Source of the DNA: an uncultured Chloroflexia bacterium
Lineage (GTDB): Bacteria > Chloroflexota > Limnocylindria > Limnocylindrales > CSP1-4
NCBI GenBank assembly: GCA_963764785.1
Contig: CAVXTU010000004.1
Coordinates: 340,566-404,565, forward strand
Direction: 5' to 3'
Length of the DNA: 64,000 nt
The notes beneath the pieces are model-generated. The model made no database searches. It was not told where the DNA came from and was given only the letters and a program-made list of their open reading frames with translations. Below, one piece after another: positions 1-10,051 of the stretch. Position 1 is the first letter of the stretch. Each line of letters starts with the position of its first letter. The translations under genes were made by a program, and so were the position numbers.

Positions 1-1
1 G

Positions 2-1147
2 CTGTGTATCCGTGGCAAGAAGGGTGAGCCGGTGGCCGTCGGTGCGCTCGAGCAATTCGTCGCCGACTGGGCACAGGATCACCTCGACGAGCTCAAGACG
101 AATATGAGCCCCGATACCGGGCGGCGCGTCGCCATCGTGGGCTCCGGACCAGCCGGGCTGACCGCCGCGGGCGAACTCGCCAAGTCCGGCCACAAGGTCA
201 CCATCTTCGAGGCCTTCCACGCGCCAGGCGGGGTGCTCATCTACGGCATCCCCGAATTCCGCCTGCCCAAGGACATCGTGCAGAAGGAGGTCGAGCGTCT
301 CAAGGGCATGGGCGTGACGGTCGAGGTCAACGCCATCGTGGGCCGGACGTGGACACTTCGCGAGCTACGCCAGGACTACGATGCCATCTTCATCGCCGTG
401 GGCGCCGGCCTGCCCGTGTTCATGGACGTCCCCGGCGAAGAGCTCAAGGGCGTGTACTCGGCCAACGAGTACCTGACGCGGGTCAACCTCATGGGTGCCT
501 TCCGTGAGAACACCGACACACCGGTCCTGCACGGGAAGAAGGTGGTCGTGGTCGGGGGCGGCAACGTGGCCATGGACTCGGTGCGTACGGCGCGGCGGCT
601 GGGTGCGAGGGAAGCCATCATCGCCTACCGTCGTGGCAGGGAAGAGCTGCCGGCACGAGCCGAGGAAGTCCGCCATGCCGAGGAGGAAGGTGTGACGCTC
701 GAGCTCATGGCGTCACCCGTGCGCATCCTCGGGAGCGAGGATGGCTGGGTCACGGGCATCGAGTGCCAGATGATGGAGCTGGGCGAGCCCGACGAGTCGG
801 GACGACGGCGACCCCGTCCCATCCCCGACTCCGAGTACGTCATCGACTGCGACATGGTCGTGGTCGCCATCGGCACGCGAAGCAACCCGATGCTGACCTC
901 GTCGGAGCCCGACCTGCGCATCAACGAGTGGGGCTATCTCGTGGTCGACGACGACGGCATGACCTCCGTGCCCGGCATCTTCGCGGGCGGAGACATCGTC
1001 CGCGGCGCGGCCACGGTCATCCTGGCCATGGGCGATGGCAAGCGGGCGGCGCAGTCCATCGAGAAATACCTCGGCCACATCCAGGCCATCTTGCCGGGCG
1101 CGCTCGACGAGGCCGTGGCCGGAGAGAGCAGCGGCGCCACCAGCTGA
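2..1147 (+). CDS. GltD/SudA-family NAD(P)H-dependent FAD oxidoreductase (glutamate synthase small-subunit-like), 5' end outside window
   Basis: Frame is open from nt 2 (LCIRGKKGEPVAVGALEQFVADW precedes listed ORF 32..1147). Two dinucleotide-binding motifs are present, VAIVGSGPAGLTAAGELAKSG and VVVVGGGNVAMD, plus FAGGD near the C-terminus. Confidence 0.8.
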   Translation: MCIRGKKGEPVAVGALEQFVADWAQDHLDELKTNMSPDTGRRVAIVGSGPAGLTAAGELAKSGHKVTIFEAFHAPGGVLIYGIPEFRLPKDIVQKEVERLKGMGVTVEVNAIVGRTWTLRELRQDYDAIFIAVGAGLPVFMDVPGEELKGVYSANEYLTRVNLMGAFRENTDTPVLHGKKVVVVGGGNVAMDSVRTARRLGAREAIIAYRRGREELPARAEEVRHAEEEGVTLELMASPVRILGSEDGWVTGIECQMMELGEPDESGRRRPRPIPDSEYVIDCDMVVVAIGTRSNPMLTSSEPDLRINEWGYLVVDDDGMTSVPGIFAGGDIVRGAATVILAMGDGKRAAQSIEKYLGHIQAILPGALDEAVAGESSGATS

Positions 1148-1190
1148 TGCCGACGCCGCTGGGTGCCGGTCATGGCAGCGCCAGTGCAGG

Positions 1191-2624
1191 TCAGCCTTCC
1201 CGTGCCAACGCCATCCGATCCAGGATGAGCCGCTTGACGCCTTCCATGGGGACGCGCTCCTGGGTCATGCTGTCCCGGTCACGGACGGTCACCGCGCCGT
1301 CGTCGAGCGTGTCGACGTCGACGGTGACGCACCAGGGCGTCCCGATCTCGTCCTGTCGGCGGTACAACTTGCCGATGGCCGCGGTGTCGTCGTAGACGGC
1401 CATGATGTCCTTCTTCAGGTCAGCCTTGATGTTGTGGCAGAGCTCCACGATGTCGGGCCGCTTCTTGAGCAGTGGCAGGACCGCCACCTTGTAGGGCGCG
1501 ATGTCAGGATGGAGCCGCAGCACGACGCGCGAGCCCTTCTCCAGCTGCTCCTCGCGATAGGCGTCGATGAGGAACGTGAACGCGGCCCGATCGGCGCCGG
1601 CGGCGGTCTCCACGACCCAGGGGATGAAATGCTCCTCATCCACGGGGTCGAAGTACTCCAGGTTCTCGCCGGACGCCCTGGCATGGCTGCCCAGATCGAA
1701 GTCGCCCCGGTTGTGCACCCCCTCCAGCTCCTTCCAGCCGAACGGGAAGCGGTATTCCACGTCGATGGCCTTCTTGGCGTAGTGCGCCAGCTCGTCAGGG
1801 GCATGCTCACGGAAGCGCAGCCGGGCAGGGTTGACGCCGTAGCGCTCGTACCAGGCCTTGCGGGCGGGCAACCATTCCTCGAAGGCAGCCGTGGCAGCCT
1901 CGCCGGGCCGGACGAAATACTGCATCTCCATCTGCTCGAACTCGCGCATGCGGAAGACGAAGTTGCCGGGGCTGATCTCGTTGCGAAAGGACTTGCCGAT
2001 CTGGGCGATGCCGAACGGGACCTTCTTGCGGCTCGACATCTGGACCGACTTGAAGTTCACATAGGAACCCTGCGCCGTCTCCGGACGCAGATAGATGACG
2101 GCGCCCTCATCCTCGACCGGGCCCATGTGGGTCTTGAACATGAGATTGAAGCGACGAGGCGGTGAGAGTGGTCCCCCGTCGACCGGACAGAGCAGGCCCA
2201 GCCGCTCGACGACGCCTTCGTCCTGCAGCTCGGTGGCAGACAGGGTCTCGGCGCCCGGAAGCTCGTCGAGCCGGAACCGGCGATGGCAGGTACCACATTC
2301 CACCAATGGGTCGGAGAACGAACCGACATGGCCAGACGTGACCCAGACCTGGGGATGCATCAGGATGCCCGCGTCGAGACCGACGATGTCGTCGCGCTCC
2401 TGGACCATCGATCGCCACCAGGCTCGTTTGACGTTGTTCTTGAGCTCCACGCCCAGTGGCCCGTAGTCCCAGACCGCATTGATGCCACCATAGATCTCGG
2501 ACGACGGGAAGACGAAGCCCCGGCGCTTGGACAGCGAAACGATGGTGTCGAGCTTGTCGACGGCGGGGCCGGGATCAGCACCCGCGTCGGCGCGGGACGT
2601 GGCGGTGTCAGGCGGGTAGGTCAC
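1191..2624 (-). CDS. glyQS: glycine--tRNA ligase (single-chain class II GlyRS)
   Basis: 477-aa ORF with [39 protein letters not shown] and later class II motifs. Convergent with the gltD-like gene. Confidence 0.93.
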   Translation of the reverse strand: MTYPPDTATSRADAGADPGPAVDKLDTIVSLSKRRGFVFPSSEIYGGINAVWDYGPLGVELKNNVKRAWWRSMVQERDDIVGLDAGILMHPQVWVTSGHVGSFSDPLVECGTCHRRFRLDELPGAETLSATELQDEGVVERLGLLCPVDGGPLSPPRRFNLMFKTHMGPVEDEGAVIYLRPETAQGSYVNFKSVQMSSRKKVPFGIAQIGKSFRNEISPGNFVFRMREFEQMEMQYFVRPGEAATAAFEEWLPARKAWYERYGVNPARLRFREHAPDELAHYAKKAIDVEYRFPFGWKELEGVHNRGDFDLGSHARASGENLEYFDPVDEEHFIPWVVETAAGADRAAFTFLIDAYREEQLEKGSRVVLRLHPDIAPYKVAVLPLLKKRPDIVELCHNIKADLKKDIMAVYDDTAAIGKLYRRQDEIGTPWCVTVDVDTLDDGAVTVRDRDSMTQERVPMEGVKRLILDRMALAREG

Positions 2625-2704
2625 GGTTTGGGGGTCTCCTGAGAGGGCGCCGGCGATGGCAGTGCCGGTCGATGGGCTTCCGATTGTGGCAGGGATCTCG
2701 TCGT

Positions 2705-3472
2705 TCAGCTCGAGCCGCGACGGACCTCGTCGACGAAGGACAGTGAGCGCGCCTCACGCTCCAGGATGAAGCGCGTGTAGCGACGCATCACCGACTCGAC
2801 CTCGCCCTCCACGTCTGGAGGTACCCGCAGCGCAGCGATGGCCTCCACGTCGAAGCGTCGATACGCCCTCAGCAGCTTGAGCGCCGACAGCGACAGCCCA
2901 ACGTTCTCGGCCGGCGGCGCTGCATGGTCGCTGCAGAGGACGCCGCCCAGCGCGGGCACCCACCGGAAACGCTCATGCTCCTCGAGGACTCGGTGGCACT
3001 CCACGCAGCGATCCAGCTCCGGCCGAACACCCAGGGCATCGGCAAGGCCGGACTCGAACCAGCGTGCCACCCGACCCGGCGCCATGCCGTCATCAAGGAG
3101 CTGGCAAGCGCGTCGGAGCAGTCCGTAGACCGGGTGCGCACCAGCTCGTTCCTCGACCGCACGGTCGGCCAACTCGCCGAGGTACCACGCGGTAGCGGTG
3201 GATTCGAGGCGATCGCGCAGGTTCAGCCAGGCATGAGCGACGCCGACCTGCGTGATGACATCCAGGTTGCGCCCACGTGCCAGCACGACATCGAGCTCGG
3301 CGAAGGGCTCCACGCTGCCGCCGATGCGACTCCTGGGTCGCCGCACGCCCTTGGCCACGGCGCGGATCTTGCCGTCCTCGGGGGTCAGCAGGGTGACGAT
3401 GCGATCGGCCTCGCCGAGGTCGAAGTGGGCAAGCACGATGGCCTGGGTCTTGTAGCTGCGGGGTCGGGGCAC
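2705..3472 (-). CDS. recO: DNA repair protein RecO
   Basis: 255-aa ORF. N-terminal OB-fold signature [39 protein letters not shown], and a C-terminal Cys cluster CVECHRV...LCSDH. Confidence 0.9.
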   Translation of the reverse strand: MPRPRSYKTQAIVLAHFDLGEADRIVTLLTPEDGKIRAVAKGVRRPRSRIGGSVEPFAELDVVLARGRNLDVITQVGVAHAWLNLRDRLESTATAWYLGELADRAVEERAGAHPVYGLLRRACQLLDDGMAPGRVARWFESGLADALGVRPELDRCVECHRVLEEHERFRWVPALGGVLCSDHAAPPAENVGLSLSALKLLRAYRRFDVEAIAALRVPPDVEGEVESVMRRYTRFILEREARSLSFVDEVRRGSS

Positions 3473-3540
3473 AGCGCGAGCGTATCGCCCCTGCCTCGCC
3501 AGCGCATACGCCTGCGCTCGGGGAATATGCTAGCAACGGG

Positions 3541-3553
3541 TATCATGTTCCCG
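3541..3553 (+). promoter_or_regulatory. possible -10 element (TATCAT) for a leaderless polyprenyl-synthase transcript
   Basis: TATCAT at 3541-3546 ends 7 nt before the GTG at 3553. No Shine-Dalgarno sequence lies in between (gttccc). No convincing -35 was seen. Confidence 0.25.
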
Positions 3554-4575
3554 TGTTGACCAGTATCGACCTCGATCGCCTCATCGCCGATACCGAGCGG
3601 GAGATCCTCGGCGTCATCGCTCGGGCTGAGGACGCACGCACCGCCGAGCTGTACTCGATGGTCCGGTACCACATGGGGCTCGATAGCGATGCACCCCGTG
3701 GCAAGCGGATGCGACCCTTGATCGGCTTGCTGGTCTATCAGTCGATCGCGGGAGATCACCAGAAGGCACTGCCCGGCGCTGCGGCGGTGGAGATGGGCCA
3801 CAACTTCAGCCTCGTGCACGACGACATCGAGGATGGCGGTCCGGAGCGCCGCCACCGCCCGGCCTTGTGGACGATCTCGGGGGTGGCCCAGGCCATCAAT
3901 ACCGGGGACACACTCTTCACCCTCAGCCGCATGGCCCTCTACCGGTTGAGCGAGGAAGGCTTTGACGACTCACGGATCCTGCGCCTGATGCGGTTGTATG
4001 ACGAGACCTGCCTGGCGCTGTGCGAGGGGCAGTTCATGGATATCTGGACGTCGGAGCACGACGATTGGATGTCGATCGACTACTACTTCGACATGATCGG
4101 TCGCAAGACGGCATCACTCATCGCGGGTTCAGCGGAGGCTGGCGCTGTGCTGGCGACCGAGGATGAGGACATCATCGGTGCCTATCACCGCTTCGGCTGG
4201 TCACTGGGCCTGGCATTCCAGCTCAACGACGACGTCCTCGGCATCTGGGGCGACGAGGACGTCACCGGAAAGGAAACCTCGGATATCGTTACGCGGAAGA
4301 AGACGCTGCCACTGATCTATGCGGTCTCGCAGGCGACCGGTGCGGATGGCCAGCGGCTTCGTGCCATCCTGGCACAGTCCGACGTTCAACCTTCGAGCGA
4401 GGAAGTGGACGACGTCCTGGCCATCCTTGAGCGCGTGGGTGCTCAGGACTTCACGCGCGCTCGGGCCCGAGCCTACCGGGATGCTGCCCTGGCCGAGATC
4501 GCCGCTGCCGGCACGGTCGACGGTGAGGCCGTGGACCGTCTCACGCAGGTCGTCACAGCAGCCATCAGCGCGTAG
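3553..4575 (+). CDS. polyprenyl (geranylgeranyl/farnesyl) diphosphate synthase
   Basis: 340-aa ORF with first Asp-rich motif LVHDDIED and second Asp-rich motif QLNDDVLG. Confidence 0.9.
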   Translation: MLTSIDLDRLIADTEREILGVIARAEDARTAELYSMVRYHMGLDSDAPRGKRMRPLIGLLVYQSIAGDHQKALPGAAAVEMGHNFSLVHDDIEDGGPERRHRPALWTISGVAQAINTGDTLFTLSRMALYRLSEEGFDDSRILRLMRLYDETCLALCEGQFMDIWTSEHDDWMSIDYYFDMIGRKTASLIAGSAEAGAVLATEDEDIIGAYHRFGWSLGLAFQLNDDVLGIWGDEDVTGKETSDIVTRKKTLPLIYAVSQATGADGQRLRAILAQSDVQPSSEEVDDVLAILERVGAQDFTRARARAYRDAALAEIAAAGTVDGEAVDRLTQVVTAAISA

Positions 4576-4622
4576 CTGTAAAGCGCGTCCCTCGACTGTC
4601 CTTCTGGTTTTGGCCTGTCCTC

Positions 4623-5954
4623 CTAGCTCTCGCCTGACCCCTCGTCGCCCTCGGGCGGCGGCGTGTGGACCACGTGGACGGTCCGCACCCGCCGGCCATC
4701 GGTCGCCTCGACGGTGATGGCCAGGCCGTCGACCTTGACGTTGTCGCCTACCTTGGGCACGCCACCGATGTGGTGGTACACCAGTCCGCCGACCGTGTCG
4801 AACTCCTCCTGGTCGTTGCCCGCAAGCGTGGTATCGAAATGCTCAAGGAGGTCGTCGACGTCGGTCCGCCCATCCACCCTGGCCTCGTATTCACCGAGGG
4901 GCACGATCATCGGCTCCTCTTCGTCATATTCGTCCTGGATCTCGCCCACGATCTCCTCGATGAGATCCTCGATGCTCACGAGGCCCGCCGTGCCACCGTG
5001 CTCGTCGAGCACGATGGCGATGTGGACGCGGCGCCGTTGCAAGCTCTGGAGGAGGTCGTCGACGAGCATCGACTCGGGCACGAACAAAGGTGTGCGAACG
5101 AGTCCACGGATGGCCGGCGGTCGATCCTCGCCGACCAGGTAGGGCAGCAGGTCCTTGGCGTAGAGCATGCCCACGATGTTGTCGATGTTGCCGTCGTAGA
5201 CCGGGATGCGCGAATGGCCTTCGGCCACGATCGTCTGGACGATCTCGGCGAGCGAGGCCTCCACGGCCAGGGCCACGATGTCGACCCGCGCGACCATGAC
5301 CTCGTGAACACGCCGTTGGCCGAGCTCAAGCACGCCACCGATCATCTGCTCTTCCTCGGCCTCGATGGTGCCCTGCTCACCGCCCCGCTCCACGAGGATG
5401 CGCAGCTCCTCTGTGGTGATCGATTCCTCGGGCACGTCGGGCACGCCAAGCAGACGGGTGATGCCATGGGTGACGGTGGTCAGGAACCACACCACCGGGC
5501 CCAGCATCCTGCCCAGAAGCTCCATCGGCCGGGCCAGCATCAGCGCATAGCGTTCGGCATGGGCCAGGCCCAGGGTCTTGGGTACCAGCTCGCCGAAGAC
5601 GATGGTCACCAGGCTCACCACCAGCGTCACGATCAGCAGTGCGAGGACATCAGCCGAGGTCGAAAGTGGCCCGATCTCGCGGAACCACGAGGCCACGGCG
5701 CCAGCGATGCTGGCGCCGGCAAAGGCGGCCGCAAGGAAGCCGATGAAGGTGATCCCCAACTGGATCGTCGCCAGCATGCGGCCCGGTCGCTCGGTCATCC
5801 GACCGACGCGCCTGGCCCGCGCATCACCCTCCTCGGTGAGCTGGCGGATGCGGCTGCGACGGACCGTCACGAGCGAGATCTCGGCCGTCACGAAGATGCC
5901 GTTGATGGCGATGAGCACGGCGATGACGACGACTTCGAGCAAGGAGCTGCCCAT
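4623..5954 (-). CDS. CNNM/DUF21-CBS-CorC_HlyC family membrane protein (hemolysin-like, putative divalent-cation efflux)
   Basis: 443-aa ORF. Hydrophobic N-terminal third, central CBS-pair-like region and C-terminal CorC/HlyC-like domain. The start shares 1 nt with the glmU stop (TGATG). Confidence 0.85.
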   Translation of the reverse strand: MGSSLLEVVVIAVLIAINGIFVTAEISLVTVRRSRIRQLTEEGDARARRVGRMTERPGRMLATIQLGITFIGFLAAAFAGASIAGAVASWFREIGPLSTSADVLALLIVTLVVSLVTIVFGELVPKTLGLAHAERYALMLARPMELLGRMLGPVVWFLTTVTHGITRLLGVPDVPEESITTEELRILVERGGEQGTIEAEEEQMIGGVLELGQRRVHEVMVARVDIVALAVEASLAEIVQTIVAEGHSRIPVYDGNIDNIVGMLYAKDLLPYLVGEDRPPAIRGLVRTPLFVPESMLVDDLLQSLQRRRVHIAIVLDEHGGTAGLVSIEDLIEEIVGEIQDEYDEEEPMIVPLGEYEARVDGRTDVDDLLEHFDTTLAGNDQEEFDTVGGLVYHHIGGVPKVGDNVKVDGLAITVEATDGRRVRTVHVVHTPPPEGDEGSGES

Positions 5955-7408
5955 CAGCGTTCGGAGCCGTCCTCCTGGTCAGGGTCAGGGTCAGGGCGGG
6001 TCGGGCCGGGCCGTGGCGATGCCGCCGACTCATCCTCCTTGCGCCGGGCTCGACGCTCCGTGATGCGAGCCGGCAGGCCGATGGCCAGCTGGCCATCGGG
6101 AACGTCCCGGGTGATCAGTGAGGCAGCGCCCGTGAAGGCCCCCTCTCCGACGCGCACCGGGGCGCGCAGGATGGTGTCGGAGCCGATGAAGGCGCCCTTG
6201 CCGATGTGGGTGCGGTGCTTGTTGATGCCGTCGAAGTTGGCCGTGATGGTGCCCGCGCCGATGTTGACACTTTCGCCGACGTCTGCATCGCCGAGATAGC
6301 TGAAATGGTGGCTCTTGGTGCCGGCGCCGATGATGCTGTTCTTGACCTCCGCATAGTTGCCCAGCTGCACGTCGGGCCCGATCTGGGCGCCCTTGCGTGC
6401 GTGCGAGAAGGGCCCGATGGTGACGTCGGTGGCCACCGTGGTGTCCTCCAGGACGCTGGCCCAGACCACGCTGCGCTCCCCGATGGTGCTGTCGAAGATC
6501 TGCAGCCCGCCCGGATGACGACGTCACGGGCGATACGGGTACGGCCGCGCAGGATCACACCGGGCTCGATGATGACGTCTTCGGCGATCTCCACGCTGGC
6601 ATCGACATACGTCGTGGTGGGGTCGACCATGGTCACCCCCGCTCGCATGTGTCGCTCGTTGATGCGCAGCCGCATCTCCAGCTCCGCGTCGGCAAGCTGG
6701 GCCCGGTCGTTGATGCCCAGCAGCGTGCCGTCATCGTCGACCTCGAGCGTGACGACCGGCCGGCCGTCTGCGCGGGCCAGCGGGATGAGCTCGGGCAGGT
6801 ACAGCTCCCCGGTGACCGGTGATGGTTTGACGTCGGCGATGCGCGCGCGCAGCCAGCCCACATCGAAGGCATACAGCCCCGAGTTGATCTCGCCGATCTC
6901 CCGCTCAGCGTCGGTAGCGTCCTTGTACTCGACGACACCGCGGATCCGGCCGTCCGGTCCGCGGACGACCCGGCCGAGCGTGGCAGGGTCATCCATGTCG
7001 ACGGTGATCAGTGCGACCGCCGCGTCGTTGTCGCGGCGAGCGTCGGCCAGCTCGGTCAACAACCCCGCAGTCGACGAGGGGCACGTCGCCCGACAGCACG
7101 ACGACCTCGCGGGCGTCGTCCGGGAGAGCGGCCAGTGCCGCTGCCACCGCGTCGGCAGTGCCCCGGGGCTGAGCCTGGATGGCGAAGTCCGCCTCTGCGG
7201 CGAAGACATCGGCGATACTGCTGACCGGTGGCGAGATGACCACCAGGGGTCGGGAGCCGGTGGCCGCGACCGCTGCATCGAGCACGTACGCCAGCATGGG
7301 TCGCCCGCAGATGGGATGCAGCACCTTGGGTGTGCCCGAACGCATGCGTGTACCCAGCCCTGCGGCGAGCACGACCGCGCTCAGGGGCTGGCGTTGGTGG
7401 GTGTTCAC
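5954..7408 (-). CDS. glmU: bifunctional UDP-N-acetylglucosamine diphosphorylase / glucosamine-1-phosphate N-acetyltransferase, reading frame broken twice
   Basis: N-terminus [31 protein letters not shown] is in ORF 6989..7408. The middle ([15 protein letters not shown]...[18 protein letters not shown]) is in ORF 6115..7278. The hexapeptide-repeat C-terminus ([20 protein letters not shown]...[11 protein letters not shown]) is in ORF 5954..6469. Frame changes lie near 7068-7076 and 6500-6506. Confidence 0.9.
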
Positions 7409-7463
7409 GTAGCGGCCTGCCCGCCGCGCGGTGATGGAGGCTTGTCGGGCATCAGGTGGGCTG

Positions 7464-7493
7464 ACTGTAGGGGTGTGCCGGTGGGGGTGTCAA
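7464..7493 (-). promoter_or_regulatory. candidate sigma-70-type promoter for glmU
   Basis: On the minus strand: TTGACA (7488-7493), an 18-nt spacer, then TACAGT (7464-7469), about 55 nt upstream of the glmU start at 7408. Confidence 0.35.
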
Positions 7494-7635
7494 ACGAGGC
7501 GTGGGACTGCCTGGTCGCGGTCGCCGCGATCTGGGTCAGCGGCCACGACGATCAGACTCCCGGCTCCGCTCCCCGCTCACACTTGGGAGCGCCGTATCGC
7601 AGCGCGACCCGATGGGAACCCGGCGCCGGCCCGGC

Positions 7636-8337
7636 CTACGTGCCAGCTGGAGCGGCGGGTACGGGCTGCACCACCGCTTGCGCGAACTCCTCTTCGGTCA
7701 TGCCCTCGAGCATGCGTTGCGGCACCTCCACGTGCTTTATCAACAGCGTCACTGCCCCATCGATGTCACGCTGCCGGGCAGCCACCAGGATCTCACGATG
7801 CTCGGCGATGGAACGCTCGACATTGCCACGCAGGCGCGCCGAAGGCCGTCGATATGGGCCCATCTGCGCCATCAGCCGGCGGTAGATCTCGATCAGCTTG
7901 CGGTTCTGCGAGGCTTCCATGATGGCCTCATGGAAGGCTGCATTGACGTCGAAGAAGGCGTCCACGTCCCCTGCGGCAGCCAGCTCGGTCATCGCGTCGA
8001 GGCGCGCGTCGAGATCGTCGAGGTCGGCGTCAGAGAGTCGCGGCACGGCCAGACGGACCCCCAGCGCCTCGAGCGTCTCGCGGACCTGATACGCCTCGAG
8101 GAAGTCGCGCTTGGTGAAGCGACACCACGACCGCCCCGCGCCTCGGCGTGATCTTGACGAGGCCTTCGGACTCCAGGCTGCGCAGTGCTTCGCGCACCGG
8201 CCCACGGCTGACACCCAGCTCCTCTGACAGCGGTACCTCGAGCAGCTCCGAACCAGGCGGGTAGCGGCTCGCCAGGATCTCCCCTTGAGGAACTCATGGA
8301 CCCGTTCGCGCAGCGTCAGGTTGTCGAGGCGTGGCAT
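7636..8337 (-). CDS. GntR-family transcriptional regulator with FCD ligand-binding domain, frame broken twice inside the HTH
   Basis: Start MPRLDNLTLRERVHEFLKG and the FCD part (KRDFLEAYQVRETLE...FHEAIMEASQN) share one frame. The winged-helix part EILASRYPPGSELLEVPLSEELGVSRGPVREALRSLESEGLVKITPRRGAVVVSL is read in another frame between about 8283 and 8116. Confidence 0.85.
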   Translation of the reverse strand: MPRLDNLTLRERVHEFLKGRSWRAATRLVRSCSRYRCQRSWVSAVGRCAKHCAAWSPKASSRSRRGAGRSWCRFTKRDFLEAYQVRETLEALGVRLAVPRLSDADLDDLDARLDAMTELAAAGDVDAFFDVNAAFHEAIMEASQNRKLIEIYRRLMAQMGPYRRPSARLRGNVERSIAEHREILVAARQRDIDGAVTLLIKHVEVPQRMLEGMTEEEFAQAVVQPVPAAPAGT

Positions 8338-8375
8338 GGGGCTCAGTCTGCCCTCCCGAGCGATCGTCCCAGCCC

Positions 8376-8394
8376 AGTGTTGACTGTCAACACT
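8376..8394. promoter_or_regulatory. perfect 9-1-9 palindrome AGTGTTGAC-T-GTCAACACT, candidate GntR operator (site 1)
   Basis: Read directly from the sequence. It lies in the divergent region between the GntR gene (start 8337) and the plus-strand operon (8439 onward). It overlaps -35-like TTGACT/TTGACA hexamers on both strands. A near-identical copy is at 28901-28919. Confidence 0.6.
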
Positions 8395-8409
8395 CGCTAC
8401 CACCATACT
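8380..8409 (+). promoter_or_regulatory. candidate promoter of the plus-strand transporter operon
   Basis: TTGACT (8380-8385), an 18-nt spacer, then CATACT (8404-8409). The -35 lies inside the palindrome. Confidence 0.35.
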
Positions 8410-8438
8410 AGCCCAGCGAGGGCCACAGAGGCGGACCG

Positions 8439-8887
8439 ATGATCGTTGACAGTCAGATGCACGCGGGCGACTTCCTGATGTTCACCGTGTCCATGGACTG
8501 CGACGGACGGACGGCAGCATCGACATCAACGGGGCCATCGAGGTGGCCGAACGCAACCCCGATGTGTACCTGGAAATCTCAGGGATGCCCATGCACTCGA
8601 AGATCCGCGAGGCGGTCGAGCGCGTGGGGCCCGACCGGGTCCTGTGTGGCTCGGATACCCGTTCCATCATCCGTCGGTGGGAGCTCGCCAAGGTGCGAGC
8701 GAGTGGCCTGCCGATGGGATCGACCGATCGTGTCCTCGGCGAGAATGGCCGTGCGCTGTTCTTTGGCGAGGACGCGCATGGTCGTCGCGTGACGACGTCG
8801 GTCATGGAGTGTCGCGCGGAACGACCGAGCGGCGAACCGGAATTGTCCTCGCACCGTGGAGTGTCATTCCAGCCATCGCACCATTAG
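8439..8887 (+). pseudogene. amidohydrolase-2 (metal-dependent hydrolase/decarboxylase) remnant with internal deletion and frame breaks
   Basis: MIVDSQMH (N-terminal metal-binding start) is followed within about 25 codons by the C-terminal region AIEVAERNPDVYLEISGM...VGPDRVLCGSD / YPFHHPSV / ELAKVRASGLP...RVLGENGRALF, spread over three frames. Roughly 130 central residues expected for the family are missing. Confidence 0.6.
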
Positions 8888-8901
8888 CAGGAGGTCAAGG
8901 A

Positions 8902-10003
8902 ATGCGTGACTCGAATTGGGCACGCTGGGGTGCAACCCTGGCAGCTGGTGCCCTGGCCCTCACCATCGTGGCGCCAGTCGCCGCGCAGGACGGCACGGTT
9001 ACCAAGATCGGCTATGTGTCCCCGGAGGCTGCATCCGACTACGGCTGGAACGAGCAGGGTGCGGCGGGTGCACAGGCAGCCGCCGATAGCGTCGGTGCCG
9101 AGCTCATCATGGCCGACAACTCCGGCTACGGCGATGTCGAGCCGATCCTCAACAGCCTGGCAGACGATGGCGCCAACTTCATCGTGGCACAGGCCACGGG
9201 CTACAACACCACTGCGCCGATCTTCGCCGCAGGACAGCGGTATCCCGGTGCTCGTCGTCGACAATCCTGACGCACTGACCGAGGGCCTCGTGGCCAGCGT
9301 CGGCACCGCCGGGGAGCAGGGTGGCTATCTCGCCGGCGTCCTGGCTGGGTCGCAGACCCAGACCGGCACGCTGGGCATCGTCCTGTCGGCTGCTAACGAC
9401 CTCAACTGGCTGCGCCAGGCCGGCGGCTTCGTGGCCGGCGCTCGTGCGGTCAACCCGGATGTCCAGTTCCAGAAGGCCGTCATCGATGAGTTCGGCTACG
9501 CCGATGCCGAGGGTGGCAACCGCGTCACCACCCAGATGATCGCCGCGGGCGCCGACATCATCTTCGGGATGGGCAACGGTTCCTCGTTCGGCATGCTGCA
9601 GGCGGTCGAGAACAACGTCCCCGAAGGCGCCGACCAGGCCTGGTTCATCGATGTGATCGGTGACAAGTCGTCCATCGACGAGCAGGGCGTCTTGCTGTCC
9701 TCGGTCCTGTGGGACTTCTCGGACGTGTACCAGCAGGCGGTCGCCCAGGTCAACGACGGCACCTACGGATCGGAGAACTGGGTCCTCGATATCACCAATG
9801 GCGGCCTGGATCTCCTGGCCACCGACCACATCACCCCTGAGACACAAGCCGCCATCGACGCCGCCAAGGCCCAGATCGCGAGCGGCGAGATCGAAGTGCC
9901 CGTCGCCGTCACCCCCGACGAGCTCGATGCGATCATCGCGGGCGACTCCATGGCGCCGGCAGAGTCCATGGCCCCCGAGGAGTCCATGGCAGCCTCTGAG
10001 TAG
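8902..10003 (+). CDS. BMP-family (PnrA-like) ABC transporter substrate-binding lipoprotein, one frame break
   Basis: AGGAGG lies 8 nt upstream of the ATG at 8902. Signal-like N-terminus MRDSNWARWGATLAAGALALTIVAPVAAQ. KIGYVSPEAASDYGWNEQG... is in the ORF 8644..9270 frame and continues as DSGIPVLVVDNPDAL...GGYLAGVLAG in ORF 8906..10003. The shift is near 9228-9236. Confidence 0.85.
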
Positions 10004-10051
10004 CAAGCGTCGATCGCGTGACGGGTCAGTGCCAGAGGTATCCATCGAGCG

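Noticed and set aside
5954-7408. glmU, secY (51749..53037), glmS (38935..40765) and rplO as genuine pseudogenes, implying a degenerating genome.
   Set aside because: All are essential single-copy functions. Protein sequence on both sides of each break is well conserved with no internal stops or other decay. Consensus indels explain this more simply. They are reported as a data-quality finding instead.
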